Positions 9,754-19,375 of a stretch of 64,000 nucleotides of DNA are shown in pieces (within the stretch, counting starts at the first letter, position 1; each line of letters begins with the position of its first letter). The notes beneath the pieces are model-generated. The model was not told the origin of the DNA and searched no databases. It worked only from the letters and a program-made list of their open reading frames with translations. The stretch covers positions 128,001-192,000 of the forward strand of contig CAVXJH010000003.1 in NCBI GenBank assembly GCA_963762115.1, written 5' to 3'. This DNA comes from Candidatus Babeliales bacterium (GTDB lineage Bacteria; Babelota; Babeliae; Babelales; JANWKD01). The position numbers and the translations under genes were made by a program.

Positions 9754-11617
9754 GAAAGCTTTAAAGTCTCTTTTATGTATTCTGACATTTTTTACGATAG
9801 TAACCATGCATTCAATGCAGCAACCAAATGATCCTAATGAGCTCATAGGTTTTCTCACTAAAAATGGTGATACTGTCAGTCTTAAGCGTAAAATTGCTGA
9901 ACAATCAGGGACAATTTCACATTTATTGGGTGATGTTGATGATCAAACGCAAGAAGTAATTCCCTTGCCCATCTCAACGGCAATGTTTAAAAGTATAAAA
10001 CCTTTGTTGAAAAAAAATTTTAAAGGTTCTCGATTGCCACAACCGGACACTCAATTATCTCAACAAAATTTACAACAACAATATACTCAGTTATCTCAAC
10101 AAATTTTACAACAACAATCTGATAATGCGTTATTAAAACTTATTCAAACAACCAACTATTTAGATTGTCCTCCTATTTTAGAAAAGTGTGCAGATGTTCT
10201 TGCAGTAAGAACTTTTTCAAAAAATAGTGATCTTTATATTGTTAGTGCATTTGTATGGACCAAAAAGATGTTACAAAAATTACCAAATGAGCTTTTGGCC
10301 TTAATTCAGCAGGCATATCTTAAGAAATCTTGTGATCTTTTTGAGCATGTTCATAATCCAATGCAAGCAGAAATTAAGCCAATAACATTAACTAATAATA
10401 ACGGTCAAATTCGATCAGTTCATTATGATATTGACGGAAAAAAAATTATTACTCAGATAGATGATGATACCGTTTGTTATTGGGACCGTGAGACACAACA
10501 AAAAACAACGTTAATTGATAAAACACATTGGCAGTCTCTTGCCTCGAGAAATGAAAATAGAATGCTCAGAGATAAAATGTATTTTGAGACAAGTGCTTAT
10601 TCTCCAGATGGTTCAACGTATGCAACTGGTGGAAGCGATACAGTTTGTATTTGGGATCTTAATAAAAAAGAATTACTCAACCATAAAAAGCTTTCATGGC
10701 AATTTAGGCCAAAGTGTATGTCATATCATCCAACATTAAAAAAGCTGGCTGTTGGCAGTGGTCGTAGAGGAGAAGTGGTTATTTTTGATATGGAAACTAT
10801 GGAAGTTGCTCATAGTTTGAAAACTAATGATATTTTGGTTAAAAATATAGAATATGCGCCGGATGGAAGAACTCTTGCAATAAGCACTATTGGAAATGGA
10901 AGCAATTCATTAAAAATATGGGATCTAGAACTAAAAAATTGCCTAAAAACTATTGATGTTGATTATGATACTTTCGTATCACCAATTATATGTTATTCAC
11001 CTAATAGTCAATTTTTGGCCTATGCATCAAGTAATAAAATTACTATTTACGAAACAACTAATAATTATGCATGTATTAAAGATATTAAAAGAGGTGAAAA
11101 ACCTTTAAATAATGATGAGGAGCAAATTAACTCAATTCAATATACATCAGACGGAAAATATTTGATTGGTGGATTGCAAGATGGAACAATTAAGTTTTGG
11201 GAAACAAGTAATTATACTTGTATAAAAACACTTTCATACGATCGACCAGTCTGGTCTGTTGCTTTTAATAAGAATGGATCACATATGGCTAGCATTTCAC
11301 TAGGCAAGAGATATCCTGAAAGTCATCTTGTGTTGTGGGATATTTCTAGTTTATTTCTTGAAAATATTTTTAAAGAATTAAATTTTGAAGAATTATTATT
11401 GATAACTAAAGTTGCCTTGGCAAAAAAGAATAATAGTAAGCTTGAAGTTTGTCCTCTTCATACTAATGAACTTGATGCAAAAGCAGGAATAAAAATTTCA
11501 GCTATTTATGCGAATATACCAAGTCAACTCAAAGAAAAATTAGAACCATATATTAGATTGAATAGATCATGCAAATGCACTTTTTTGCCTATTAAAGTTC
11601 CTGGGGAAAAAAAATAA
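9743..11617 (+). CDS. secreted Skp1/BTB-like + F-box-like + WD40 repeat protein, copy 2 (recent tandem paralog)
   Basis: Colinear and highly similar to 7861..9753. Confidence 0.85.
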   Translation: MIFKKALKSLLCILTFFTIVTMHSMQQPNDPNELIGFLTKNGDTVSLKRKIAEQSGTISHLLGDVDDQTQEVIPLPISTAMFKSIKPLLKKNFKGSRLPQPDTQLSQQNLQQQYTQLSQQILQQQSDNALLKLIQTTNYLDCPPILEKCADVLAVRTFSKNSDLYIVSAFVWTKKMLQKLPNELLALIQQAYLKKSCDLFEHVHNPMQAEIKPITLTNNNGQIRSVHYDIDGKKIITQIDDDTVCYWDRETQQKTTLIDKTHWQSLASRNENRMLRDKMYFETSAYSPDGSTYATGGSDTVCIWDLNKKELLNHKKLSWQFRPKCMSYHPTLKKLAVGSGRRGEVVIFDMETMEVAHSLKTNDILVKNIEYAPDGRTLAISTIGNGSNSLKIWDLELKNCLKTIDVDYDTFVSPIICYSPNSQFLAYASSNKITIYETTNNYACIKDIKRGEKPLNNDEEQINSIQYTSDGKYLIGGLQDGTIKFWETSNYTCIKTLSYDRPVWSVAFNKNGSHMASISLGKRYPESHLVLWDISSLFLENIFKELNFEELLLITKVALAKKNNSKLEVCPLHTNELDAKAGIKISAIYANIPSQLKEKLEPYIRLNRSCKCTFLPIKVPGEKK

Positions 11618-11618
11618 T

Positions 11619-11670
11619 AAAAGACTCATGAAGAAACGGAATTAATTTACTGTTTTGTCATGAGTCTTTT
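11619..11670. terminator. inverted repeat/terminator
   Basis: AAAAGACTCATGA ... TCATGAGTCTTTT. Confidence 0.6.
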
Positions 11671-11775
11671 TGTTGTCAATATTAATCGATATTTTTAATT
11701 GCTTAACGTATTCATTTTTGTTTAAAATCACACCAAAAAGAGTATGTGTAGTTTAAAATTCTATAAGGCGTCACA

Positions 11776-12021
11776 ATGTTTATGAAAAATTACTTCCCCT
11801 TATTCATATTTTCTATGTTGTTTTATCAAGTAAATGCTATACAACAATCGCAACTAACAAAAGAGCAAAAACTGGAAAAATTACGTGAAAAATTTAATCG
11901 TGATTGTAAGCTTGAGTGTGTACTTCGCCATGATGAGCTACAGAGGCATTGTTGGAGGATGTGCGAGCTTATGAACAAAACACTTAAAGAATTTGGCGAA
12001 GTTTTATCTGAAGATAAATAG
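11776..12021 (+). CDS. small secreted protein with twin CX3C motif
   Basis: Signal peptide ending VNA; CKLEC...CWRMC. Confidence 0.65.
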   Translation: MFMKNYFPLFIFSMLFYQVNAIQQSQLTKEQKLEKLREKFNRDCKLECVLRHDELQRHCWRMCELMNKTLKEFGEVLSEDK

Positions 12022-12157
12022 ACAATAAGTATAATTTCTTTTGCTCTTTTACTCTTGCTTTGCATTCTTAAAGATTAGTATATCTATGAAAAATATCTAT
12101 AAAAAAATCTTTATGTTTTTTTGATTAAGAAGATTTAAAAAATATCGGTCTTTGCCT

Positions 12158-13324
12158 TCATGTTTTTTTTACTTTTGTTTGAGATCTTTTTTTAGCTTTT
12201 GTCTTACTCGGTGCGGTTGCTTTTTTAGGTTTTTCTGTTAATATTTCATGTTTTTCAAACTCTGCTTCGATTTCTTCTATGGTGGGCAAATTGCTTTTTA
12301 ATGCTTTTGGCAACTTTTTCATTATTTCTGTTTCATAACCGGCTACTCCAATTGGTTTATTAATATCTCTCAACGCATATTCTGCGGTAAAATTATTTTT
12401 TGTTTTACACAATAAGAGGCCTATTGTTGGTTTATCTTCAGGTCCTTTTACCAGATCATCAACTGCTGAAAGATAAAAATTTAATTTACCTGCATGTTCT
12501 GGTATGAATTCACCTGTTTTTAATTCAACAACAATGAAACATCTCAATTTAAAATGATAAAAAAGAAGATCTAAGTAATAATCTTTATCGCCAACGTGGA
12601 GATGATATTGTCTTCCAACTAAAGCAAATCCTTTACCCATTTCAAGCAAAAGTTCCTGCACATTATCAATCATGCCTTGTTCTAAGTCATGTTCGAGGTA
12701 TTCATCATGTAACGTTAAAAAATCAAAAACATAGGGATCTTTAAATGTCTGTTGGGCCAACATAGAATGCGGGTCTGGTAATGTTAGTCGGAAATTAGTG
12801 ATTGCTTTGCCTTCCCTTTGATAAAGATTAGATTTAATTTGTGCTTCAAGAGTTCTTGTACTCCAGCCATTGGTTATAATTTGTTGTGCGTACCACAACC
12901 GCTGTTTAGTATCTTTTAATTTTATTAATAAAATAGTATTGTGTGACCAGCTAATAGTAAATAAAGGATTATTTTCTAATTGTGTCGACACTGTCGATAC
13001 TTTTTCATAAGCTCGATAGAATGCTTGCATGCGAAAAATATTTGATCTCGAAAAACCGCCTAATCCAGGGAACTCATTTTGCAAGTCTTTTGCTAATTTT
13101 TCAATATTTTTATTGCCCCAGCCACTTTCTTCTTGCTTGTTTACTATTGTTTGCCCAATAAACCAGTATAATTTTATTAATTCTTTATTTGCAGCAAAGA
13201 TTGCCTTAACTTGTGCTTCTTGAATTTGTTTTTTTAATCTAACTAATGTTTGAATATATTCTTTTGCAGAAATAGTATCAATTGCATTTTTAGAAACTGC
13301 TTTTAATTTTTTTATCATTAGCAC
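12158..13324 (-). CDS. YhcG/DUF1016 family PD-(D/E)XK nuclease
   Basis: NKELIKLYWFIG, GFSRSNIFRM, ISWSHN, KDPYVFDFL, LLEMGKGFALVGRQ, DLLFYH..LRCFIVVELK, PTIGLLLC. Confidence 0.95.
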   Translation of the reverse strand: MLMIKKLKAVSKNAIDTISAKEYIQTLVRLKKQIQEAQVKAIFAANKELIKLYWFIGQTIVNKQEESGWGNKNIEKLAKDLQNEFPGLGGFSRSNIFRMQAFYRAYEKVSTVSTQLENNPLFTISWSHNTILLIKLKDTKQRLWYAQQIITNGWSTRTLEAQIKSNLYQREGKAITNFRLTLPDPHSMLAQQTFKDPYVFDFLTLHDEYLEHDLEQGMIDNVQELLLEMGKGFALVGRQYHLHVGDKDYYLDLLFYHFKLRCFIVVELKTGEFIPEHAGKLNFYLSAVDDLVKGPEDKPTIGLLLCKTKNNFTAEYALRDINKPIGVAGYETEIMKKLPKALKSNLPTIEEIEAEFEKHEILTEKPKKATAPSKTKAKKRSQTKVKKT

Positions 13325-13544
13325 ACCTAATATTTTTTAAAAATATATGTATGGATTAAATTTTACTATGTTAAAAATTACTATACAACTATCGGATAAT
13401 TAACCCAAGTTATGGCTCAATTATAAAATCCTTTTAATTTAATTATTCGCTCTGTAATTTATAACGAGTTGTTGGTGAAAATCTGCTGAATTTGCTAATA
13501 TCATTTAAGTTATTGTGGAGTTGAAGTGTAATCAGTGACTTCAC

Positions 13545-13591
13545 CCATACTATTAATCATGTTTTTCTACATGATTTTTTTTCATTTAAAG
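13545..13591 (+). repeat. 47-bp direct repeat, copy 2
   Basis: 46/47 identical to 7677-7723; immediately upstream of the ankyrin gene RBS. Confidence 0.9.
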
Positions 13592-13612
13592 GTTTTTTCA
13601 GAGGACAGAAAT

Positions 13613-14440
13613 ATGAGAATAAACGTTCGTTGTTTTTCTATTATTTTTTTGTTGATTTTTACGGTGATTTTTTCTTGTACCGCCATGAATAAAAAAAGCC
13701 GACGAGAAAATGAAGGCAATCAAATTGTTCAAATTTTTAATCCTAAAAAATTGATGGATATTCTTGCTAAAGAAATTTATGATTGGCAAGATTATAGTGA
13801 TCAAGATGTTGGATTTGATGTATTGGAACAATTGCCAGATGATGTTGCTTTCCAAGTAGTAAAGCAGTATAAAGATAAAATTGATAATACTTTATTGCAT
13901 ATTCATGCATCGGGCGGAAGATGTGAGAATGTGAGGTATCTTATACGCATTGGCCTTAGTCCTTTGGAAGAAAATAGTAGAGGGCAAACGCCAATGATTT
14001 TTGCTGCACAATGCGGTCCTTTTGAACTATTTGAACTATTATTTTTACATGATAAAGATTATTATTTTGCTGAAAATAATAAATCTATGTTACATGAATT
14101 AACGCGACATTTAGTTGCCATGCCAAGGGTAGAAGCATTTAATTTTTATAGACAATATATTGCCGAAAAAAATCGCCGTTTTATTGATTTATTACATTTT
14201 CCTGCATTAAGGGGTGGAAATCTTAATTGTTTAAAATATTTATTGCAAAAAATTTATGAAGAAGGGGGAGTTCAGTTAATTAAAGAAATTGATTTTCGTG
14301 AATCTCTTTCGTATAAAATGGCGAGAGTTGGGCTTAACCGGAGTTTGGCATTATTCTTATCTTTTTACTCTGGTATTCCAAATGAAAATATTGTAGGTGA
14401 AGAAGATCGGGGTAGTAAACGAATGCCACTTTTAATATAG
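13613..14440 (+). CDS. secreted ankyrin-repeat protein (shorter paralog)
   Basis: Signal peptide; NTLLHIHA, GQTPMIFAA; paralog of the next gene. Confidence 0.8.
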   Translation: MRINVRCFSIIFLLIFTVIFSCTAMNKKSRRENEGNQIVQIFNPKKLMDILAKEIYDWQDYSDQDVGFDVLEQLPDDVAFQVVKQYKDKIDNTLLHIHASGGRCENVRYLIRIGLSPLEENSRGQTPMIFAAQCGPFELFELLFLHDKDYYFAENNKSMLHELTRHLVAMPRVEAFNFYRQYIAEKNRRFIDLLHFPALRGGNLNCLKYLLQKIYEEGGVQLIKEIDFRESLSYKMARVGLNRSLALFLSFYSGIPNENIVGEEDRGSKRMPLLI

Positions 14441-14483
14441 GATATATAACAAATAAATTGTGGTTTTTTCAAGGGACAAAAGT

Positions 14484-15833
14484 ATGAAAATGAAAGTTCG
14501 TTGTTTTTCTATTATTTTTTTTGTATCTATTTTTTCCATGAATTTTTCTTGTTTTTCGATGCATCAAGACAAAAAACAACGATCTGATCGTTCAGAAGTT
14601 GTTATATTTTTTAATCCAAAAAGATTAACTGAAATTTGCACTGAACAATACGGTAAAGATATTTATGATCAAAAATATGCTAAGAATCAAGAATTAGGTC
14701 TGGATTTCTTGTGCCAATTCCCAAATGTTGCATCATTTCATATTGCAAAACACAAGAATGCGGTGGGTGATACGTTATTGCATGTATATTCTTATTTAGG
14801 AAAACTTGAAGAAGTGCACTATCTTCATAGTATTGGTTGTGATGTAAAAGCGAAAAATAAAAAAGGTGAAACGCCCATTGTGCATGCAAGTTTTGCAAGC
14901 CATTTTGAGGTAATGAAATATTTGTTTGAAAATAAAGGTTATCAGCCTGAAGATTATATGAAGGTGGCAATTGGCTTTATGAGCATGCCAGATGAAAAAG
15001 CGGTAGATCTTTTTAAGCAACATTCGGGTAAAACGCGTTGGTGTGGCTTGGTTCATCATGCTGCGCAGGCCGGTGGAAATATTGGCTTTCTACGACATGT
15101 ATTGGAAGAACAAAAAATAAAGCCAAAGGAGACTAATTTTTTTACTAAAAAGATTTGGCAAAAAAGGACCCCCATTCATCTTGCTGCTGAAAATGGCCAT
15201 TTAGAGCATTTGAAATTATTAATTGACAATAAATATCCAATTGATGAAATTGATTATGAAGGATATTCACCTGCTTGCTATGCGGCATATAATGGTCACC
15301 TTGTATGCTTAGCAACATTGTTATCTTTTGATGCATCACTAAACGGTGCTAAAGAAGGCGTTGAAACAACTTTAACACTTTTGCATGGTGCAATATTAAA
15401 TAATCAAAAAGAAGTGATTCATTTTCTTCTTTCTAATGGAGCTAATGTAAATGCGGGAGATTATAATGGTGAGACGCCAATTTTTTATGCAGTTGTAGAA
15501 GGCAATCTTGAGACGGTGCAATTATTATTAGCACATAATGCCGATGTGACTGAATTCGGTTTTGATCTATTACAAGAAGCTTTAAATAATAAACATTTTC
15601 ATGTTGCTGAATTTTTACTTGAACAAAAAATTAGTAGTGTTAATGAGATAGAAGATGAAAAGTTGTTGGGAGCGCCTGAATCAATTTTGGCACGTATGAT
15701 TAAAATAAATGAGATTCAAAGTGTAGAATTTTTACTTTCAAAAGGTGCAGATGTTCATCATCCAAGTGTCAAAATAAACGATAATACAGTACCAGAAATT
15801 GTTGAACGCATAAAAAATGCTAGAAAATCTTAA
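14484..15833 (+). CDS. secreted ankyrin-repeat protein with N-terminal SOCS/BC-box-like motif
   Basis: GDTLLH, GETPIVHA, TPIHLAA, GETPIFYAV; PKRLTEIC...QFPN. Confidence 0.9.
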   Translation: MKMKVRCFSIIFFVSIFSMNFSCFSMHQDKKQRSDRSEVVIFFNPKRLTEICTEQYGKDIYDQKYAKNQELGLDFLCQFPNVASFHIAKHKNAVGDTLLHVYSYLGKLEEVHYLHSIGCDVKAKNKKGETPIVHASFASHFEVMKYLFENKGYQPEDYMKVAIGFMSMPDEKAVDLFKQHSGKTRWCGLVHHAAQAGGNIGFLRHVLEEQKIKPKETNFFTKKIWQKRTPIHLAAENGHLEHLKLLIDNKYPIDEIDYEGYSPACYAAYNGHLVCLATLLSFDASLNGAKEGVETTLTLLHGAILNNQKEVIHFLLSNGANVNAGDYNGETPIFYAVVEGNLETVQLLLAHNADVTEFGFDLLQEALNNKHFHVAEFLLEQKISSVNEIEDEKLLGAPESILARMIKINEIQSVEFLLSKGADVHHPSVKINDNTVPEIVERIKNARKS

Positions 15834-15850
15834 AATAGTTGAAAAATAGT

Positions 15851-16462
15851 ATGAAAAATATTTTATTATTTGCTTCAAAATCAGCTCCTCGTCGTGAATT
15901 ATTGCAAAAGACACAAATTCCTTTCACTATAATTGAACAGAATGCTGATGAATCGCAATGTGATTGGGCATTGCCTTTTCCACAATTATTAGCATCAATT
16001 GCATTGCATAAAATGCATCAGGTGATTTTGCCAGAAGGTAAAGAGGGAGAGCATTGTTTTGTGCTTACCGTTGACACAATGTTACAAGCTCAAGACGGTA
16101 CCATTTTGGGTAAACCATCGTGTAAAGAAGCTGCCATAAAGATGATTCAAGCATCTCGCGATGGCGGAGTTGTAGCTTCGGCATTTTGTTTGGATAAAAA
16201 AATATTCAACAATGGATCGTGGATTGTTGATCAACGCATACAAAAATATGTGAGTGCAAACTATATTTTAGATTTTCCTGATTCTTGGCTTGAAAAATAT
16301 TTTGAAGAATATCCGGAATATTTAAACATTGCTGGAGCATTGAACATTGAAGAGTATGGTATGCAATTTGTTAAAACAATTAATGGTTCCTATTCAACGG
16401 CAATTGGGTTGCCGCTGTATGAATTACGTGAGTCACTTGAATCACTCGATTTTTTTGATTGA
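15851..16462 (+). CDS. maf: Maf family nucleoside triphosphate pyrophosphatase, copy 1
   Basis: FASKSAPRRELL, VLTVDT, ILGKP, AGALNIE, GSYSTAIGLP. Confidence 0.9.
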   Translation: MKNILLFASKSAPRRELLQKTQIPFTIIEQNADESQCDWALPFPQLLASIALHKMHQVILPEGKEGEHCFVLTVDTMLQAQDGTILGKPSCKEAAIKMIQASRDGGVVASAFCLDKKIFNNGSWIVDQRIQKYVSANYILDFPDSWLEKYFEEYPEYLNIAGALNIEEYGMQFVKTINGSYSTAIGLPLYELRESLESLDFFD

Positions 16463-17374
16463 TCCCCATAAAAATTTCATGCGTACTACTGCATGATCAG
16501 AAAAATATTTTTCATCGATGTGTTGGGTATGACGAAGTAATTTTTTATAATCTTCAGGATAGAGTGAAAGTTTTTGTGGCATAAGGCGTTCACTGTTGAA
16601 AAAAATAAAATCATTCAAATTAAACCTTTTCTCACCACTTGTTGATGTTGGTTTTATGTCATAATCAGCATTGCTTTTCATGCCTTTAAAATATTGTTTT
16701 AAATGATGGTAACGCTCTTCATTAAGATCAGCTACTCCTTGCAGTACGGTATAATTAAAATCGCCACAGATGAGCCAGGTATATTTTTTTGGATAGCATT
16801 TCATTTGTGCAACTATTACTTCAAATGCTTCAGACATATCTTGCGATCGGTTGAAAGGAATATGAATATTAATAATGCCTAAATGCTTTTTTCTTTTTTT
16901 GCAGGTAACAATGGTGGTAAGCATTTTTTTGTTTGGTGTAAGGGTATAAAATTCGTATGATTCAAGCGTAAACTTTTCTTTATTAATAAGGGTTAAAATA
17001 CTATCTTTTTGTGCACAACTATCCATGACATAATAATAATTGTCAGGTGAAAAATTTTTTTTTAAACCAGACAAAAAAGAACGTGGTTGTAATGATGCAT
17101 GCTGTTCAAAATATTCTTTTTTGTTTATTGGAGAATTATTTACGATTAACTTTTCTGCTTCAAATTGTGGTCTCAGCGTGCCTGGATTATAGGGCCATTC
17201 TTGAAAGCATAGAATATCAGAGTCAAAAAATGCTGTTTGATTACGTAATGCTTTTCTAAAATATGAACAACGTTTTTTTATTGAAACTGGTTCTGAATTA
17301 ACGTATTGAATATAATAGGCTTGATATAAAACATTACAAGTTGTGACGGTGAAACTAATAAAATCTGATTTCAT
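16442..17374 (-). CDS. endonuclease/exonuclease/phosphatase (EEP) family protein
   Basis: TTCNVL, DILCFQE, NIHIP, LICGDFN, DFIF, FSDH. Confidence 0.9.
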   Translation of the reverse strand: MKSDFISFTVTTCNVLYQAYYIQYVNSEPVSIKKRCSYFRKALRNQTAFFDSDILCFQEWPYNPGTLRPQFEAEKLIVNNSPINKKEYFEQHASLQPRSFLSGLKKNFSPDNYYYVMDSCAQKDSILTLINKEKFTLESYEFYTLTPNKKMLTTIVTCKKRKKHLGIINIHIPFNRSQDMSEAFEVIVAQMKCYPKKYTWLICGDFNYTVLQGVADLNEERYHHLKQYFKGMKSNADYDIKPTSTSGEKRFNLNDFIFFNSERLMPQKLSLYPEDYKKLLRHTQHIDEKYFSDHAVVRMKFLWGSIKKIE

Positions 17375-17467
17375 TAAAGTCCCTTGTTAAAACTTTATAC
17401 GCTAAAAATTATAATTTATTGTATACTAACCATAAAATAACCATATTTTCTAGATTGTATAATAACC

Positions 17468-18076
17468 ATGAACAATATTCTTCTTTTAGCATCAAAATCA
17501 AAATCGCGGCGATTGCTTTTAGCACAAGCTGCTATTCCCTATGTTTTATTAGATCAAGAAGCTGATGAAGCGCAGTGTGATTGGGGAATGCCATTACAAA
17601 AATTAGTTGAATCGATAGCAGTGCATAAAATAGCGCAAGTGATTATGCCAAATGTCAAAGAGGGGCAAGAACTCTTTGTGCTGACTGCTGATACGTTAAC
17701 GCAAAATGCACAAGGTGCAATTCTTGGCAAACCAATTTCACGAGATCATGCCCATGAAATGATTAATTCATTGAGAGTTGGATCTGCGCGTGTTGGAACG
17801 GCATTTTGTCTTGATAAAAAGATCTATAAATTTAATGAATGGCAAATTATTGATCGTAAACTTGTTTTTGTTGAAGCAACGTGTAATTTTAAAGTTCCGG
17901 CACCTTGGATTGATCGTTATTTGGAATATTCTCATGCATTACAGTGTTCTGGTTCAATGGCAATTGATGATTATGGTGCACAATTTTTGCAGTCTCTTTC
18001 TGGTTCGTATACAACAATTCTTGGTTTGCCCATGTGTCAATTGCGAGAAAATCTAGAGATACTTGGATTCTACTAA
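17468..18076 (+). CDS. maf: Maf family protein, copy 2
   Basis: LASKSKSRRLLL, VLTADT, ILGKP, GSYTTILGLP. Confidence 0.9.
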   Translation: MNNILLLASKSKSRRLLLAQAAIPYVLLDQEADEAQCDWGMPLQKLVESIAVHKIAQVIMPNVKEGQELFVLTADTLTQNAQGAILGKPISRDHAHEMINSLRVGSARVGTAFCLDKKIYKFNEWQIIDRKLVFVEATCNFKVPAPWIDRYLEYSHALQCSGSMAIDDYGAQFLQSLSGSYTTILGLPMCQLRENLEILGFY

Positions 18077-19128
18077 AGAAGTTCAAAATCTTTTTTGTTT
18101 TTTAGCTTAAGAATTTCTTTTTTAGTAAGAGTAATATATTTTTGTGTATTGGGAATGCCTGTTAGTCGTTCCCAATGATCGGTGTTTTCTGGATGATCAA
18201 AAAAACTACGATGATCTGTACCATCGTTGCATAATAATATGGTAGTATAAAGCCCTGAAAAAAGGCAAAAGAAACTACCACCTAGCATCATCCAGGCAGC
18301 GATACCGGTTGGCTGTGCTAGAGATATTGTTACACATCCTCCTACTCCCATGTAACAACAATTGAAAGGCACGCCATAACGAAGACATAAGCAAGACTTA
18401 AAAATTTTATTTGCCTTATCTCTTAATTTACCTTCTAGTTGATGAGAATCGTCTAGAAATAGAGTGCGAGTAGTATAATACCCTTGGATAATGGTAGCAC
18501 ATTTTTCATTATATTCTTCATCATCTAATGCCCTATTAAAATGTGCCTGTAGCCTTTCATTTAAATTTTCCGCATGTTCTTCACTATTTTCAAGATATTT
18601 TCTAAATTGTTTTTTTATATCACGTTTTAGTCCCATACCAGTTTCCCATAATGAATACTCTGGAATATCATTCCAATAAGTAACGCCCTTATTGGCATTA
18701 GAAGCCAATTTTCGCAAGGCAATACGTTCTTTAGGTGTTTTACATGAAGGCATTTTTGTTATGATGTGTACTGCATGATATAATGATATTTTGTTTTTTA
18801 ATTCACGTTGAGTTTTATTTGATAGATTAAGGTATGCTGCGGCATAGCTTAAAGGAAGAATTGTTGCTTTATCTTTGTCATCAATAAGTTTTTCAATTAT
18901 TTCTTCGTGCAATTCGATAGGTAAATTAGGAAAAAATAATAAAGGTCCTGTTGTTGATTCTTTTTTATTCTTGTGTGTGTTTAAAAATTGTTGTTTGAGT
19001 GGACTATCATCATCTAAATCTTTTGCTTCCATTGAAAAGCTATCATGAAATTGTATTAAGTTAAAAAAAAAGAAAGTGAGAGTAATTAATGATGTAGATA
19101 AGGAAAAGAAATTATTTTTCATGAGCAT
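18073..19128 (-). CDS. secreted F-box-like protein with Cys-rich two-TM C-terminus, copy 1
   Basis: Start MLMKNN inferred from the paralog; FPNLPIELHEEIIEKL; CLCLRY..CCY followed by hydrophobic helices. Confidence 0.7.
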   Translation of the reverse strand: MLMKNNFFSLSTSLITLTFFFFNLIQFHDSFSMEAKDLDDDSPLKQQFLNTHKNKKESTTGPLLFFPNLPIELHEEIIEKLIDDKDKATILPLSYAAAYLNLSNKTQRELKNKISLYHAVHIITKMPSCKTPKERIALRKLASNANKGVTYWNDIPEYSLWETGMGLKRDIKKQFRKYLENSEEHAENLNERLQAHFNRALDDEEYNEKCATIIQGYYTTRTLFLDDSHQLEGKLRDKANKIFKSCLCLRYGVPFNCCYMGVGGCVTISLAQPTGIAAWMMLGGSFFCLFSGLYTTILLCNDGTDHRSFFDHPENTDHWERLTGIPNTQKYITLTKKEILKLKNKKDFELL

Positions 19129-19309
19129 TTCATAGTTAAGGTATTCTGAAAAAAATATTATAAAAATAAAATATTTTTTAGTATAGCAATAAAGAAAATA
19201 GCTTTCAAATTGGCAGATATAAAAATTAAAATTATTAATGATTTTTTTAATGAAACTTGATTTATTAAAAAAATTGTCGTTATTGTTTAGAATAAATATA
19301 AAAATATTA

Positions 19310-19375
19310 ACAACAATTATTGGTTTGCTAATGTGCAAATTGCGTGAAAATTTAGAAATACTTGAGTTTTACTAA
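19310..19375 (+). repeat. degenerate copy of the maf2 3' end
   Basis: About 55/66 identical to 18011-18076. Confidence 0.85.

Noticed and set aside
7861..11617. Diversity-generating retroelement (TR/VR) explanation for the WD40 pair
   Set aside because: Differences involve all four bases plus indels rather than being adenine-specific, both copies are full genes, and no reverse transcriptase is present
19129..19338. 70-aa N-terminal extension of ORF 18073..19338, and similar TTG/GTG extensions at 7834, 13535, 41162, 47088, 62369
   Set aside because: Low-complexity AT-rich read-through; paralog starts, RBS positions and signal peptides point to downstream ATGs
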